A stretch of 63,221 nt of DNA, filler included, from Craspedostauros australis (Eukaryota), in the NCBI GenBank assembly GCA_030167865.1. It is 10 parts of 10 records of this genome, joined end to end, with 100 filler letters (N's around TTAATTAATTAA, not from the genome) between each part and the next. Parts side by side here need not be neighbours in the genome. Positions count along the whole stretch, not along the records: positions 9,893 to 13,150 come from JALAGF010006720.1; positions 13,251 to 33,901 come from JALAGF010006721.1; 8 more parts are not named here. One strand, given 5' to 3'. The position numbers and the translations under genes were made by a program. Positions 10,130 through 23,287 of this stretch are shown here, piece after piece. Numbering within the stretch: position 1 is the first letter of the stretch; each line of letters starts with the position of its first letter. The notes below the pieces were generated by a model that worked only from the letters and a program-made list of their open reading frames with translations, was not told where the DNA came from and made no database searches.

Positions 10130-13100
10130 AAGGCATGGATCCACTTTGCTCTGTCGAAATCCCAGCTTGAGTAGAATGTCGACCAGCTTTTTGTTCCATT
10201 GTCTGGCACTCTGCACTAATCCGTAGATGGTCTTCTTGAGCAGCAAGCATTCGTCGGTCTCATGCCTCATGCCCTTTGGGCATTGCATGTAGATCTCTTC
10301 GTCAAGTTCTCCATGTAAGAATGCTGTCTCGAAGTCGATGATCGTACTATCCATGTGCAGTAGCATCTTCATAGTGAGCATGATGCGGTAGGTTGCATCA
10401 TGAATCACCGGTGCGTGGTGTGCTGAGAAGTCCACTCCTGCGATCTGTGAGTAGCCGCAGGCGACGAGTCTGGCTTGGAAGACTCCGTTCCTCTTCTCCT
10501 TGAACACCCACTTGGTCTTCACGCATCGCCGATCCCTCGGCATTCGGTTCCTCTTGATCTTCTCCCATACTCCTCTTCTGGTCATATCGTTGAACTCCTT
10601 ATTGATTGCCTCTCTCCACTTCTTTCTCTTTTCGGGATCTGCATGGTCCCAGCATTCTTCGAAGGTGGTAGGGTCTAGCATCATAGCTACGCTTGCTTGC
10701 TCGGGTCTGACTCGATCATTCGTCACTTGGCTCGCAGCAATGAAGTCATCCAATCTCATCTTTCCGTGAGTGGTGTCTATCATCATCCCTGCGACGTCTC
10801 TGTTGAACATCGACCCGTCTGTATGGAAGCTCGGCCCCTTTGTCGCCGCTGTTTCGGCTTCTGTCTCTTGGGCAGTCTCTTGCTTCTCATCGTCAGATTC
10901 CGTTGTCTCGCTGGATCCGTAGTCTCTGTCCTCCTTAGCAACAGGCGAATTGTTATACCCTGCGAGATCTCTGACCATTCTCGGTACGTATGCAACGGGT
11001 GTTGCAACTGGAGTCGAGGGCGGTTCTTTTTCTGCCGTTCTTTCCTCACTCCTTCCATCCTCGTCCCTTCCGGATTCATCGCCGACGTCATCGTCTGGTT
11101 CCTGATCCTCCTGGACGGGTAGCAGGTCGTCCTCCTCTAGCGCAGCATCTTCTGAATCTCCTTGTTCTCCGGTTCTGCTGCGTTGCTCATCGTCATCGGT
11201 CTCTATATTGCTCATACTGTCCGATTGACGAAGCCAAGTCACTCCTCTCTCTGGAGACGAATCTCTTGATGACGAGTCGTCGTCTATGTTCATCACTCTG
11301 GATCTGTTGGCATCCTTGATAACCTTGAACTCTCCATATGACTTGTTCAACCATGTTACGTCGCGAGTCATCAGGATTCTCGAGGTAGCAAGGTTCATCA
11401 TGCGGTACACTCCTTTCGCGTGCGACTCTCCGTATCCCACGAACATGNNNNNNNNNNNNNNNNNNNNNNNNNNNNNNNNNNNNNNNNNNNNNNNNNNATC
11501 CAATCTCATCTTTCCGTGAGTGGTGTCTATCATCATCCCTGCGACGTCTCTGTTGAACATCGACCCGTCTGTATGGAAGCTTGGCCCCTTTGTCGCCGCT
11601 GTTTCGGCTTCTGTCTCTTGGGCAGTCTCTTGCTTCTCATCGTCAGATTCCGAGGTCTCACTGGATCCGTAGTCTCTGTCCTCCTTAGGAACGGGCGAAT
11701 TGTTATACCCTGCGAGATCTCTGACCATTCTCGGTACGTATGCAACAGGTGTTGCAACTGGAGTCGAGGGCGGTCCTTTTTCTGCCGTTCTTTCCTCACT
11801 CCTTCCATCCTCGTCCCTTCCGGATTCATCGCCGACGTCATCGTCTGGTTCCTGATCCTCCTGGACGGGTAGCAGGTCGTCCTCCTCAAGCGCAGCATCT
11901 TCTGAATCTCCTTGTTCTCCCGTTCTGCTGCGTTGCTCATCGTTATCGGTCTCTATATTACTCATATTGTCCGATTGACGAAGCCAAGTCACTCCTCTCT
12001 CTGGAGACGAGTCTCTTGATGACGAGTCGTCGTCCGCGTTCATTACTCTGGATATATTGGCATCCTTGATACCCTTGAACTCTCCATACGACTTATTCAA
12101 CCATGTTACGTCTCGAGTCATTAGGATTCTCGAGGTAGCAAGGTTCATCATGCGGTACACTCCTTTCGCGTGCGACTCTCCGTATCCCACGAACATCGCA
12201 GGTTTGGAGCGGTCGTCTAGCTTGGCCTTGATAGCCTGTCCACCGATGTGTACCATCCCCATCTCACCGAACACACGCAGGTCATTTGCATACTTCGGGA
12301 TTGTTCCGTTTAACAGTATACATGCTGGTTCCCTTGACTTCGTGCCGATGATGTTCTCCAGCTGCGTCGCCGTGTGAGCAGCCTCTGCCCACAGTTTGCC
12401 TCGCGTTGATTTTGGTAGATGGGTTTGGTTCAGCATGGCGCGTACTTTGCCGTAGNNNNNNNNNNNNNNNNNNNNNNNNNNNNNNNNNNNNNNNNNNNNN
12501 NNNNNTCATCGTCATCGGACTCTATATCATTCATGCTATCCGATTGACGAAGCCAAGTTACGCCTCTCTCTGGAGACGAGTCTCTTGATGAGGAATCGTC
12601 GTCTGTGTTCATCACTCTGGATCTGTTGGCATCCTTGATACCCTTGAACTCTCCATACGACTTATTCAACCATGTCACGTCCCGAGTCATAAGGATTCTC
12701 GAGGTGGCAAGGTTCATCATGCGGTACACTCCTTTCGCGTGCGACTCTCCGTATCCCACGAACATGGCAGGTTTGGAGCGGTCGTCTAGTTTGGCCTTGA
12801 TAGCCTGTCCACCGATGTGTACCATCCCCATTTCGCCGAACACACGCAGGTCATTTGCATACTTCGGGATTTTTCCGTTNAACAGTATACATGCTGGTTC
12901 CCTTGACTTCGTGCCAATGATGTTCTCCAGCTGCGTCGCCGTGTGAGCAGCCTCTGCCCACAGTTTGCCTCGCGTTGATTTTGGTAGATGGGTCTGGTTC
13001 AGCATGGCGCGTACTTTGCCGTAGAGTGTCGCGAATTTCCTTTCGACGCGACCATTCTGTTGCGGCGTCGATGCCGCAGTGTACTCGAAGGTTGGGGCGA

Positions 13101-13150
13101 ATCCCTTGTTAAGTAAGAGTTTCTCTGCAGAACGATTCTCTCCTGCGTTG
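10130..13150 (-). mobile_element. Ty1/copia pol (integrase C-terminus, acidic linker, RT N-terminus), family A; three overlapping variant copies separated by gaps
   Basis: TPQQNGRVERKFATLYGKVRAML, LWAEAA, KLDDRSKPAMFVGY, KWVFKEK, ARLVACGYSQ, DFETAFLHG and KTIYGLVQSARQW. Blocks 10130-11447, 11498-12455 and 12506-13150 overlap in content. Confidence 0.92.
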
Positions 13151-13250
13151 NNNNNNNNNNNNNNNNNNNNNNNNNNNNNNNNNNNNNNNNNNNNTTAATT
13201 AATTAANNNNNNNNNNNNNNNNNNNNNNNNNNNNNNNNNNNNNNNNNNNN

Positions 13251-13533
13251 TGGAACGCCGGAGGGTGTCCAAGACGTGTCTGAGACTATCTGCAGAAGCC
13301 GTGCATGAGACGACATCAAAATCATCGCCGAAGTTGCCATCGTTTCTGCCGCCGTATCCTCTGTTCGATCTCTTTATTGCCATCCTTTCGTTGTACTGCG
13401 CGATGCGGCGCTTGAAATTCTCAAAAATGAGAGGCCAAGTTCCGTTTTTGCATTTGCCTGGTTCCTTCTTGATTTCCAGGTAGGCGAGGCAAAGCATCCT
13501 CGCTTTCGCTGGAGTCCAGGAAGGTTGCGTCAT
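13251..13533 (-). CDS. N-terminal fragment of a possible Myb/SANT-like (NAM-associated / Harbinger ORF1-type) DNA-binding protein
   Basis: MTQPSWTPAKARMLCLAYLEIKKEPG...TWPLIFENF resembles the W..E...LC.A+L.....P.......W..I...F pattern. Truncated by a linker. Confidence 0.35.
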
Positions 13534-14782
13534 TTTGGAGAAGAAGTGGGGATGTGCTGTGTGAGTATCGGCGGTGATGGTATTCTATGGGCTGTCCTTG
13601 GACTCTTCGCTCAAGCTTTGATGGAGTGTCTGTTGTTGTGTTGGATTTGGTGACACCGGATTGTGTTGTTGTGTGCCTGGCATCCTGGTTGGGGTTTTTG
13701 GGCAACTTTGTGGGGAGGGGATGCGTGGATCTTCCGGTGATGCCAAGAGATACGATTGCACTCGGTTGAGTCAATCGCAGTGATTTGGATGGTGATTGTT
13801 GGAGAAGATGCTCAAATTGTGAGGACAGACAGATGGCACGAAACCAAAGAAACCAGGAAATGCCAGTGACGTCATTCGTCGTTGCAACACTACAACTGGT
13901 AGCCACCACCAACACCAAGCAAGCAAACACAAGCAAACAACAACAAACTGGACATTGGCAGCAACCAGCCATAAATCCAGTTTAAAATATCTGATTACAC
14001 CACAACAACAATCCCATTGCTCTTCATCTGGTTTGCCGTTTGGTTCACTGCCAGGTAGAGGCCGGTGAAGGAGCCATTGCTTCAACAGCAGATGCCACAA
14101 TGACGCAAGCAAGCATGGCCCACGATGGTGGTGATGGCAGCTCCCTCTGTCTCTCTGTATCTCTGTGTATCTGTGTATCTGCCTCCGGAGACTTTCGCGT
14201 TGTTTGCTTCGAATTGATGTGGTGTTGATTGTGACTGAAGTCAATGTGTCGGAGGCAGACCCAAGCCACAAGACTGTCCAGACCAATGGAAACACCCAAC
14301 GACCATTTCGAACCACTTGGGTATGACCATCAACAATCTTTCGCATTCGTTGATCTTCTTCGCTGGTCTTGATCGTAGTCGAATCAGTCGAAGATTCGGG
14401 TTTTCGATGCCCCACAAAAGAGAACTCTGTTGTGGTGGGAACGTGTTTCCTTCCTTCCCTTGTTGTCTGTGGACATTTTCGTGATGGATGAGAACAAAAG
14501 GATCCAAACCGCACAAACCAGAGGGAGTGATCAAGAGGAGGCACAGACAACAAGACGCGTCACTCAACACCACACAACCCCATACTCGAGCACATCAACA
14601 ACAGACATCGAATTGCCATTCATACTACTATTCATCACGCAGTGTATGATACGCGTGCTACTACAAGCTATTGAAGACACACCATCGATATCTCTGCCAT
14701 AGGCATAATAGCTCAGATCACACACTTCCTCGACAGCCAATCCAACGCCAAAAGACCACCAACCATCAACCATCCTCTCAAC

Positions 14783-15640
14783 ATGCCGAATGTTACGAAC
14801 GAACAACTCCTTGGTGCTGCCGAGGCAGGTGACTTGTGGGTGTTGGAGGAATGGAAGAAGCAGAACCAGATACAGAATGAAGAAGTTGATGTCAACAAGG
14901 TTACAAACGAGATTGGTTGGACTCCCCTTCATTGGGCATGCATTGAGGGCCACCTGGAGTGTGTGGAGTACCTCATCAAATCATGTGGGGCTGACGTCAA
15001 CTGCAAAGACGACTTTGGTTCCACTCCCCTTCATGACGCATGCCACTACGGCCAGCTGGAGTGTGTGAAGTACCTCATCGAATCATGTGAGGCGAACATC
15101 AACTGCAAAGGCAACGATGGTTCCACTCCCCTTCATTGGGCATGCCACTACGGCCAGCTGGAGTGTGTGGTGTACCTCATCGAATCATGTGAGGCGAACG
15201 TCAACTGCCAAGACAGCGATGGTGACACTCCCCTTCATGACGCATGCCGCAACGGCCACCTGGAGTGTGTGGAGTATCTCATCAGATCATGTGGGGCTGA
15301 CGTCAACTGCAACAACGACAATGGTGAAACTCCCCTTCATGTGGCATGTCACAACGGCCACTTGGAGTGTATGGAGTCCCTCATTAGAGGACTTTCGCCT
15401 TCAGCTCACCCACAATTGCAACAACTGCAACAATGCTTACAACAAAACGAACAAGCAAATGAACAGCCACAAGAACAGTTGAGACAGCAGTTGAAGCGAA
15501 AGAGCCAAGAGAATGAACACAAGCACAGTAGCCACAAGAGGACCAACGTCAGCATTGGAGAAGACCGACTCAATCCTTCTAAACTGGGAACAGGACAGAC
15601 ACCATCTTCTTGTGTGGACAGGGCGACTAACAGCAACTAA
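14783..15640 (+). CDS. Ankyrin-repeat protein copy 1 (N-cap + 5 repeats + Gln-rich coiled linker)
   Basis: Five GxTPLHxAC...GHLECV motifs at a 34-aa (102-bp) period. Confidence 0.9.
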   Translation: MPNVTNEQLLGAAEAGDLWVLEEWKKQNQIQNEEVDVNKVTNEIGWTPLHWACIEGHLECVEYLIKSCGADVNCKDDFGSTPLHDACHYGQLECVKYLIESCEANINCKGNDGSTPLHWACHYGQLECVVYLIESCEANVNCQDSDGDTPLHDACRNGHLECVEYLIRSCGADVNCNNDNGETPLHVACHNGHLECMESLIRGLSPSAHPQLQQLQQCLQQNEQANEQPQEQLRQQLKRKSQENEHKHSSHKRTNVSIGEDRLNPSKLGTGQTPSSCVDRATNSN

Positions 15641-16418
15641 CCAAGGCAAACGCCGAAGTCCTGATGATCACCATCCCATCCATTGAGACACTGATCGACA
15701 AAGGAATCCAACATCAGCACACGAATGATGACACCGAAGACGGCGCGGCTCCATCCAAACAACCATCCCTCTTCCCAACATTCAACCAAACCATGTCCGA
15801 TACGTCCTCCAATGCATCTACACAGGCGAGATATCCCTCAATGACAGCGCTCGTGACAACGCCGTCACTCACATCGGTGCTCACGCCAACGCTCACCACG
15901 ATACAGATGCCTCTCACCAGCCAACTCCCACTCTCACTGGACAGGACGATCTGCAACAGCTGATCCTTGTGGCCAATGAGTTCGGCTTCTGGCGACTCAA
16001 GCTTGTTCTTGAAGTGGAGTTGGTCCGCAAGCATCTCACAGAGGACACCACGATAGATGCGTTGATATTCGCTGATCAACACAACTGTGTGGTGTTGAAG
16101 GATGCAACAATGAGAGTGGCAGCTGAAAGTGAGAAGGATAAGTTCACTCATCTAGATTTAAGCAAACTGATTCTACAACCTCAACTGATGGGAGGTATTC
16201 ATATCCTCCGCAATGGGGGAGCGGAGAGTGATGGTATTGATGATGAGTGCACTCGTATGTCCATGATGGAGCTGTACAAGGTTGTGGGTGAAGACGAGGG
16301 GATCGCGCAAGTGGATTCATACATGGATCGGGTGACATTGGTGGACTTCGTCCGCTCTATGACTACCAAATCATCCAAAATGATTGAGACGGACGGTGCT
16401 GCTGAAGAAGAGGGTTGA
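15595..16418 (+). pseudogene. BTB/POZ domain with helical C-terminal tail, copy 1 (stop and frameshifts)
   Basis: TDTIFLCGQGD*...KANAEVLMITIPSIETLIDK, then RYVLQCIYTGEI in a shifted frame, then LILVANEFGFWRLKLVLE...DALIFADQHNCVVLKDA. Confidence 0.75.
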
Positions 16419-18335
16419 ATTGCCAGACCAGACCATGCCATACCAGAAGTTTTCAAGAATTGGACGCATGACGGAATTGAGTTGATGGATAAAAATAGTC
16501 GTCAGAATAGTCATTAGGATAGTAACTATGTGAAAGGAGGTGGAGCAACTTGAGATCCAATCATTGAATGGTGCGTCCGCCATGCCTTCACCGTCGCCTT
16601 TGGTGATGTGCACAGCATGCTGCTCCCTGCACTCCTGTATCGTTTGGAGCGCGGTCTGGCTGGGCCGCGAGATACGCATGGTCTTCTGTGCATGAATTGC
16701 AGATGATCCCGGTTGGTGTAATGCACGTTGGTGTGCAACATCAGTGGCCAATGCGACATGAAGACGATGGTTCAGCCACCGCTGTCATTGTCATGGTCGT
16801 CATTGCCGATCCTATGGTTTCCGCGTTCGTTGGTGTCGATGATGTGAGCGGAGTTTTTGTGGGAAACGATGGTGGACCCTGCGGGCATCATGCATGCCTT
16901 GTAGGAATCGAATCCAACGTGACGGAGCGGGATGTACTACGGCTGTCAGCTTGTTGTTGTTGGTGGTGGTGGTGCTGCAGTTCGTGCATGATGTCGCGCA
17001 GGGCACAAGCGTATGCCAGCGGTTGCATGGCTTTCGATAGGTATGGCCGACAAAGCTGACGAGCAATGGGAGAAGTTGCCGACGTAATTGCACACAATTT
17101 CTTTCATTTGTCGATCTGAAAAGACAGTGCCTCTGTCTCATCGTTTGCGGTTTGTGGCTGCGACGTATCGCTTCGAGCATCGGTATGAACAGGCGTGGCT
17201 GGCTGTGGTACATGTAGTGGAAACTGAGGAACATCTCCGAACTGATGGCTCTGTTGGTCTCAGGAAAAGTCGCTGCGTTTGATCTCACAGATGTATCCGT
17301 CCAACATGTGCTGAATCTCCGTTTCAGACAACGCATCGGACGTTTATGTGGGTGGGCGCGGCTGCTGATGACTTGAATCCAGACCGCACCATGGGCCATG
17401 ACATTTCTTGCCATTTCTGTTGGTTCTGTTGTTGGTGCTGCCATTGCCCATGTCCCAAGCCCATCTTTACTCCGGAGCAGTGGGTGTGGTATCTTCCCTT
17501 CGGATGTTTCTGAGCGATGCGGCACGTTGGGGATCGCTGTTTGTCGCCGCTTGCCATTCATCATCAGCGTCATTCATCATCATCAGCAGCAGCAGCAGCA
17601 TCATCGTTGGCATCATCACAGTCTCTTGCCATAACCGCCTTCGTTGATTCTGGTTGGCGTGCCATATTTTGCGCAGCCGCCGCTTGTTTGGTTACTTCAT
17701 TGCTTCATTGCTTTGCTGCTTGACGGACAACGTCTCAGTGTTGGTTGATACCTCCATCAATGCAAACATAGTCATGCCATTTCATCTTTCTTGCTCTCTC
17801 TCTCTCTCTCTGGTTGTGTTGAAGTCGCTTGATGGATCATGTGCAAAATCGAAGATTCGTTGTTTTGGGTTGCGTCAAGAATTTTTGGCGCGTTTGTTGA
17901 TTACTCGTCTGTCTGCCATCCGTTGTTCATTCAACCAGTGACACACACGTCACCAATGCGTCATCTTCATGCAAAGCAACTCTGTTCGGCGATGGCAATG
18001 GCGATGGCGACCCCTCCAACGGCGTCGCATCCCTTCACATCGGTACCACCAACACAAACAATCAGACAAGATGACAAGATGATGAGTCATCGACATCCAA
18101 GAGGAACTGTGGGAAGGCTCGCCAGTTGCTCCGTACCCTTGACCCACTCGTCCTACGATTATGAGTATTACTATGGAACCTCCCATGAGCACGATCTACT
18201 CTGGGAGTTGCCACAGCCAAGCGTCCAGCCTGATAGGTACTCTGTTCGAACCTTCGTACAGCCTGTGCGGTCATGCGGTCATGACCATCGAAGTTGCTGG
18301 AAGAGGGCGGTGATAGACTGATAGCAGAGAAGAAC

Positions 18336-20434
18336 ATGGAGACCAAGCAACCGCAACAGGCCGACACGAAATCGAAGGCGAGCAAGTCCACCAGCGTCGC
18401 CCAAGAGGCCAAAGCAGCTGCAAATCAGGTCGTCGTGCGAGTGTCAGCACAGATACACCAAGCAGTGCCAATAGAAGCACAGCCAAAGATGCGAAAGCTT
18501 CAGCTGTGAAACGATCATGTGCGAAGAGTCTGGACATGCTCAACATGCAAGATCACGAGACATCATTCAGCTCCCTTGATCCCAGCAAGTTCATCAACAA
18601 CGAATCGATGCCGGTGCCAAACATCCCAGGTGGACTCAGCTTCGCCACAGCCCCGGCACTTGGCGCAACCCATGAACGGATCAACCAAGACAAGACGAAG
18701 CTTGCCCAGAGTCGGAGAAGCAGGCCAAGGCCAAGAACGAATTCCAACGGAACGACCAGCAGCGACAAATCGAGGAGCAAGAGTTTGGAATCCTTGGAAT
18801 TTTCGAAGGACGGACACAACATGCCAGGCACAACATACACACCAGGCGCATTGAGCGCAGCCAGCACCCCGGCTCTACCTCGAGTTGCGACAACGAAGAA
18901 GTCACACAGCAAGATCCTGGAGTCACGCTCCAATCTGCCAAGTCTCCACGATGACGACAGCGTCGACGATGGCAGCGTCGACGTTGCGACAAGTGCTGCC
19001 GTAACGAACGGTGGGAGAAGCTCTGCGGCCCCTGTCACGCCTGGAGGTCGGAGCGCGGCATCTACACCAGCCCCCTTCAGCCGCACACATGAAAAGAGAC
19101 AACAGTCTTCGTCGTTGAACAAGCGCAGGTCAACGTTGGACAGCATCCTCAAGGCCAAACGATCATCATTACGTGAAGTGTCGTTGACCAATCCTCCCAA
19201 ATCGAAGCAACGACCATCTCTCGAATCCCGACCATCGCAATTGGCCAATCTTGCCTTGACCAAAGCATCCGCAAAGGCGCCATCATCGCCATCATCGTCG
19301 CCACCGTCATCATCATCATCACAGTCCAAATCCAAACTCAATCTTCAACAGTTCGAACGCGAACACGAACACGGAGGTGTCTCGGCCACAACCCCAAGCC
19401 CCATCCAGTCCTGGAGCCTTGAGTTTGGGAATCGAATTGCAATCGAGCAAGAAGAACCGGGTGGCTCCTTCTCGCAACAGATCTGCACGCAGTTCGTTGC
19501 GCCCAAGCGAAGACTCAAAGCAACGACGTTCATGCGGACAAAGCACGGGTGTTCTGCGTGATGAGAAGCGATCAAGGAAAGGATCTCCAAGGTGCTTGGC
19601 AATGGGCCCCGACATCACCACTCCAGCAAAACAAGAGACGTGTCATCACCATTGATGTTACCATCGATATTACCATCGCCACGGCATCGGCGGAGAAGCA
19701 CACAGCACACCAGTGGCAAGCTGCATTCAACATCGTCAAGATCAAAGAGTGTGGAGCATTCGACATCATTGTGCCATCGTCGTGACGGAGCAATTTACAC
19801 TTCCTCCTCTGGAAGAAGCTGCCGCTCGCCATCGGCGCGGAGTCGTCGAAGCCCATCCGATCGTGGCCGTAGAAGAACTGCGCAAGTATCGATGGACTCA
19901 TCGCCATCATCACGGCGACAACGAACATCTGGCAGCTCGGATGATATGAACACAGCCTCACGTTCACACGAAACCAACTCAAATGCGCACTCCACCGGTA
20001 CTGGTTTGCACCAACGCAAGGGCTCACCTTCCCGAAGCATGCCCGGGGAAGTTCGCGAAGACCAAATCAACGTGGCCGCAGCCAATCGACACCATGTGGC
20101 GAAGATCAGCGAAGGAAGTCCTCCGATGAACGATCACCATCGGCGCGACAACGAAGCAGATCAAGAGGATATCGAAATGACAGCGTCGAACGGCACAGCA
20201 ATGAGCGAGATGACAATGGACGGCATGACAAGGAACAGCATGGCAAAGAACAACATGGCAACAAACGTTCGTCATCACGCGGGGCACTTCAATCAAATCG
20301 CCGTGGACGAAGCAGATCGTCAACTCGCGATGCTGTCTACCATGAGAAGCTGTCCGGCACAAAACCACTGCAACTCATATCAAAGAAAGCAGTCAGGAGC
20401 AAGAGCTCATCTCAGTACAACGATCGCTCGATGA
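18336..20434 (+). pseudogene. Ser/Thr/Arg-rich low-complexity gene of unknown function, frameshifted (unit 1)
   Basis: ORF pieces 18294-18509, 18506-19561 and 19592-20434 are collinear with the unit-2 ORF 25962-27140. No recognisable domain. Confidence 0.45.
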
Positions 20435-22486
20435 ATGGTACCAAAACTCTCGCCCTGTGATGCATCACGACACGATGGGATGGAATGAGATGTGTGGGCC
20501 GCTCCGTATTTGTATCATGCTCATAGAGGTATGGTAGACTCATGTCGCTGTAATGTAATACACCTATGAATAGACTGTACTTCTCTACGTATGTTTGGAA
20601 CAGTGCCATATGCACTATATCTGCTCGTGCAATAGAACACTGTGATGAAGTCACTGGATGTGTCAAGAGATTGCAGGGCTGGATACTGCTCCCACGCTGC
20701 CTCCGCCTTGTCTGCAACTTGTCTGGTCCGCTCTCTGCGGTATAGTACATACCCACACAGGGATATTGCCGATGTCATTCACAAGCAGATTGGACGTCCG
20801 TGGTTCCGCCCACACTCCGCCATCAGCATCGTTGTTGGTTCGTTGCGCAGACAAAGGACGCATGGCAGCAGCATAATCACAAGCTGTGCGGTCGTCACCG
20901 TGCCACCGGATTCACACATAAAGCACTCCACTCCAAGTCACACACTGTCAAACAGATTGAAAGCTACAGTGCCGATGCCAGTCGATCCAAGTTGCTGGCA
21001 GAGACGATCTACGAAGAGCACATGGCGAACAAGGCAGAGAGAAATGGTGAGAAGCCGTGAGGAGCATGGTTGCTGCACGGTTCCATCGACTGTCCCCTAT
21101 CGCGCTATTGTCCTCATCTCTCCATGAGTTGCACTCCGCCATTGCGCCAACACTGCAGTCGAGACCCTTACCAGGTCCCAGGAGGAGCAATCACTTTTCG
21201 TTGGAGCAACAAATGCCGAGGTCACCATCTATTCCGATCTTCGAAGCTACCAGTGCCAGTGTGGCGGAAAGACAAGAACCGACGAGCCAGTGCAGTCCAA
21301 GCATCCTGAGAGCTTGATGAGCAAAAGAGGAAACCAACGAACCAACGAGCAACCCCATGCAGAGTGCGAGTGCCGTATTGCGGATCATGGTTGACACAGA
21401 GTTCCATACAGCACAAGAAGCACGTGGTCAGCGATCCATGGCCCATTCGCACCGTACACCCACATATCCTCCTTCGTGGTGCTCCCAACTTCGTTGATGA
21501 GACGGAGGTTCTTGTCGATCGCCTCGGTTGAGCATCGATGCTCTGGAAGTCACGAGCCAAGACGGCGGCACTCATGCCTATTGATAGAATGCGCGTGGTG
21601 TTGTGTGTTGGTGGTCCGTGTGGCAGGAACAGTGGAGGCGGCACAGTATCACTCCGCCTGATGCTTGCCGAACATGCCAACCCATCCCAATACGCAATGT
21701 GGTGTTGGTTGGATGTTGAGGACTCTTGTTGCCTGTGCGGATGGTGATGGTTGCAATGCGGTGGGATGGCAAACAGTCAAATCCAAATGAGATGGGTCAC
21801 AACCAACACAGGCAATCAACAAAGGCAGTCACATTGGTGGCTTCATCGGTGGCTTCATCGGTGGCTTCATGGTTGTTCGAGGCATTGGCTCACACCTCAA
21901 GTTGGTGCTTGCGATGGCAGGCGGACAAGGGCCAGAGGTCTTGCAGATGCCACGATGACGCAAGCAAGCGTGGGCCATGGTGCACATGGCGACAGCTCCC
22001 GCTGTCTCTTTCTCTCTTTCTGTATCTCAGCCTCCAAAGACTTTCACATTGTTTGCTTCGGATTGGTGTTGCGTTGATTGTGGCCAAACGAGAACTCTGT
22101 TGTGGTGCTTCTTTCTTGTTGTTGGTCGCACGCATTTTCGTGATGGATGGGAACAGAAAGATCCAATCCGCGCGAACCAGACGCGTTTGATCAAGAGGAG
22201 ACAAACACAGGCAAACAGAAGGAGGAGACCATGCGAACAAGACAACAACACACACACATCACTCAACACCATACTCAACCGCGTGAACAACAGACATCGA
22301 ATTGCCACTCATATTCATCACACAGCGTATGGTACTCATACTCATACTCATACAAGCTGTTGCACACAAACATCGATATCTCTTCCATAGGCAGCTCCGA
22401 CCACAGACATCCTCGACAGCCAATCCAACGTAAATCGTCCAACGTCCAACGTCTATCGTCCAGCGACCATCCACCACACTCTCAAA

Positions 22487-23287
22487 ATGCCGAATGTTAC
22501 GAACAAACAACTCATTGATGCTGCCAAGGCTGGTGACTTGTCAGTGTTGAAGGAATGGAAGAGGCAGAACGAGGCACAGAATGAAGGAGATGGTGTCGAC
22601 AATGTCACAGACTGGATTGGTCGCACTCCCCTTCATTGGGCGTGCTATTCTGGCCACTTGGAGTGTGCCAAGTACCTCATCGAATCATGTGAGGCGGACA
22701 TCAACTGCAAAACCAACCAAGGTCGCACTCCCCTTCATCAGGCATGCTACAACGGCCACCTGGAGTGTGTTGTGTACCTCATCGAATCATGTGAGGCGGA
22801 CATCAACTGCAAAAACAACTATGGTTCCACTCCCCTTCATCGGGCATGCACGCGTGGCCACCTGGAGTGTGTCAAGTACCTCATCGAATCATGTGAGGCG
22901 GACATCAACTGCAAAGACAACGATGGTTACACTCCCCTTCATCTGGCATGCTACAACGGCCACCTGGAGTGTGTCAAGTACCTCATCGAATCATGTGGGG
23001 CGAACATCAACTGCCAAAACAACCGAGGTGAAACTCCCCTTCATTGGGCATGCTCCAAGGGCCACCTGGAGTGTATGGAGTCCCTCATTAGAGGACTTTC
23101 ACCTTCAGTTCACTCACAACTGCAACAACTGCAGCAACACTTACAACAAAACGAACAAGCAAATGAACAACCACAAGAACAGTTGAGACAGCAGTTGAAG
23201 CGAAAGAGCCAAGAGAATGAACACAAACACAGCAGCAACAAGAGGACCAACGTCAGCATTGGAGAAGACCGACTCAAATCCTCCTAA
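22487..23287 (+). CDS. Ankyrin-repeat protein copy 2 (N-cap + 5 repeats + Gln-rich linker)
   Basis: Five TPLHxAC motifs. Ends at a TAA that is in frame with the downstream BTB sequence. Confidence 0.9.
   Translation: MPNVTNKQLIDAAKAGDLSVLKEWKRQNEAQNEGDGVDNVTDWIGRTPLHWACYSGHLECAKYLIESCEADINCKTNQGRTPLHQACYNGHLECVVYLIESCEADINCKNNYGSTPLHRACTRGHLECVKYLIESCEADINCKDNDGYTPLHLACYNGHLECVKYLIESCGANINCQNNRGETPLHWACSKGHLECMESLIRGLSPSVHSQLQQLQQHLQQNEQANEQPQEQLRQQLKRKSQENEHKHSSNKRTNVSIGEDRLKSS

Noticed and set aside
10010..12436. 808-aa ORF with an internally duplicated domain
   Set aside because: Chimeric across an N gap, and its C-terminus runs into LTR-A.
14783..15400. Diversity-generating retroelement acting on the ankyrin repeats
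   Set aside because: No non-coding template repeat, changes are not adenine-specific, and all RTs here are copia-type.
22581..23186. Long alternative-frame ORFs over the ankyrin arrays (TSTAKTT...ATWSV)
   Set aside because: By-product of a 102-bp repeat that lacks stops in that frame.
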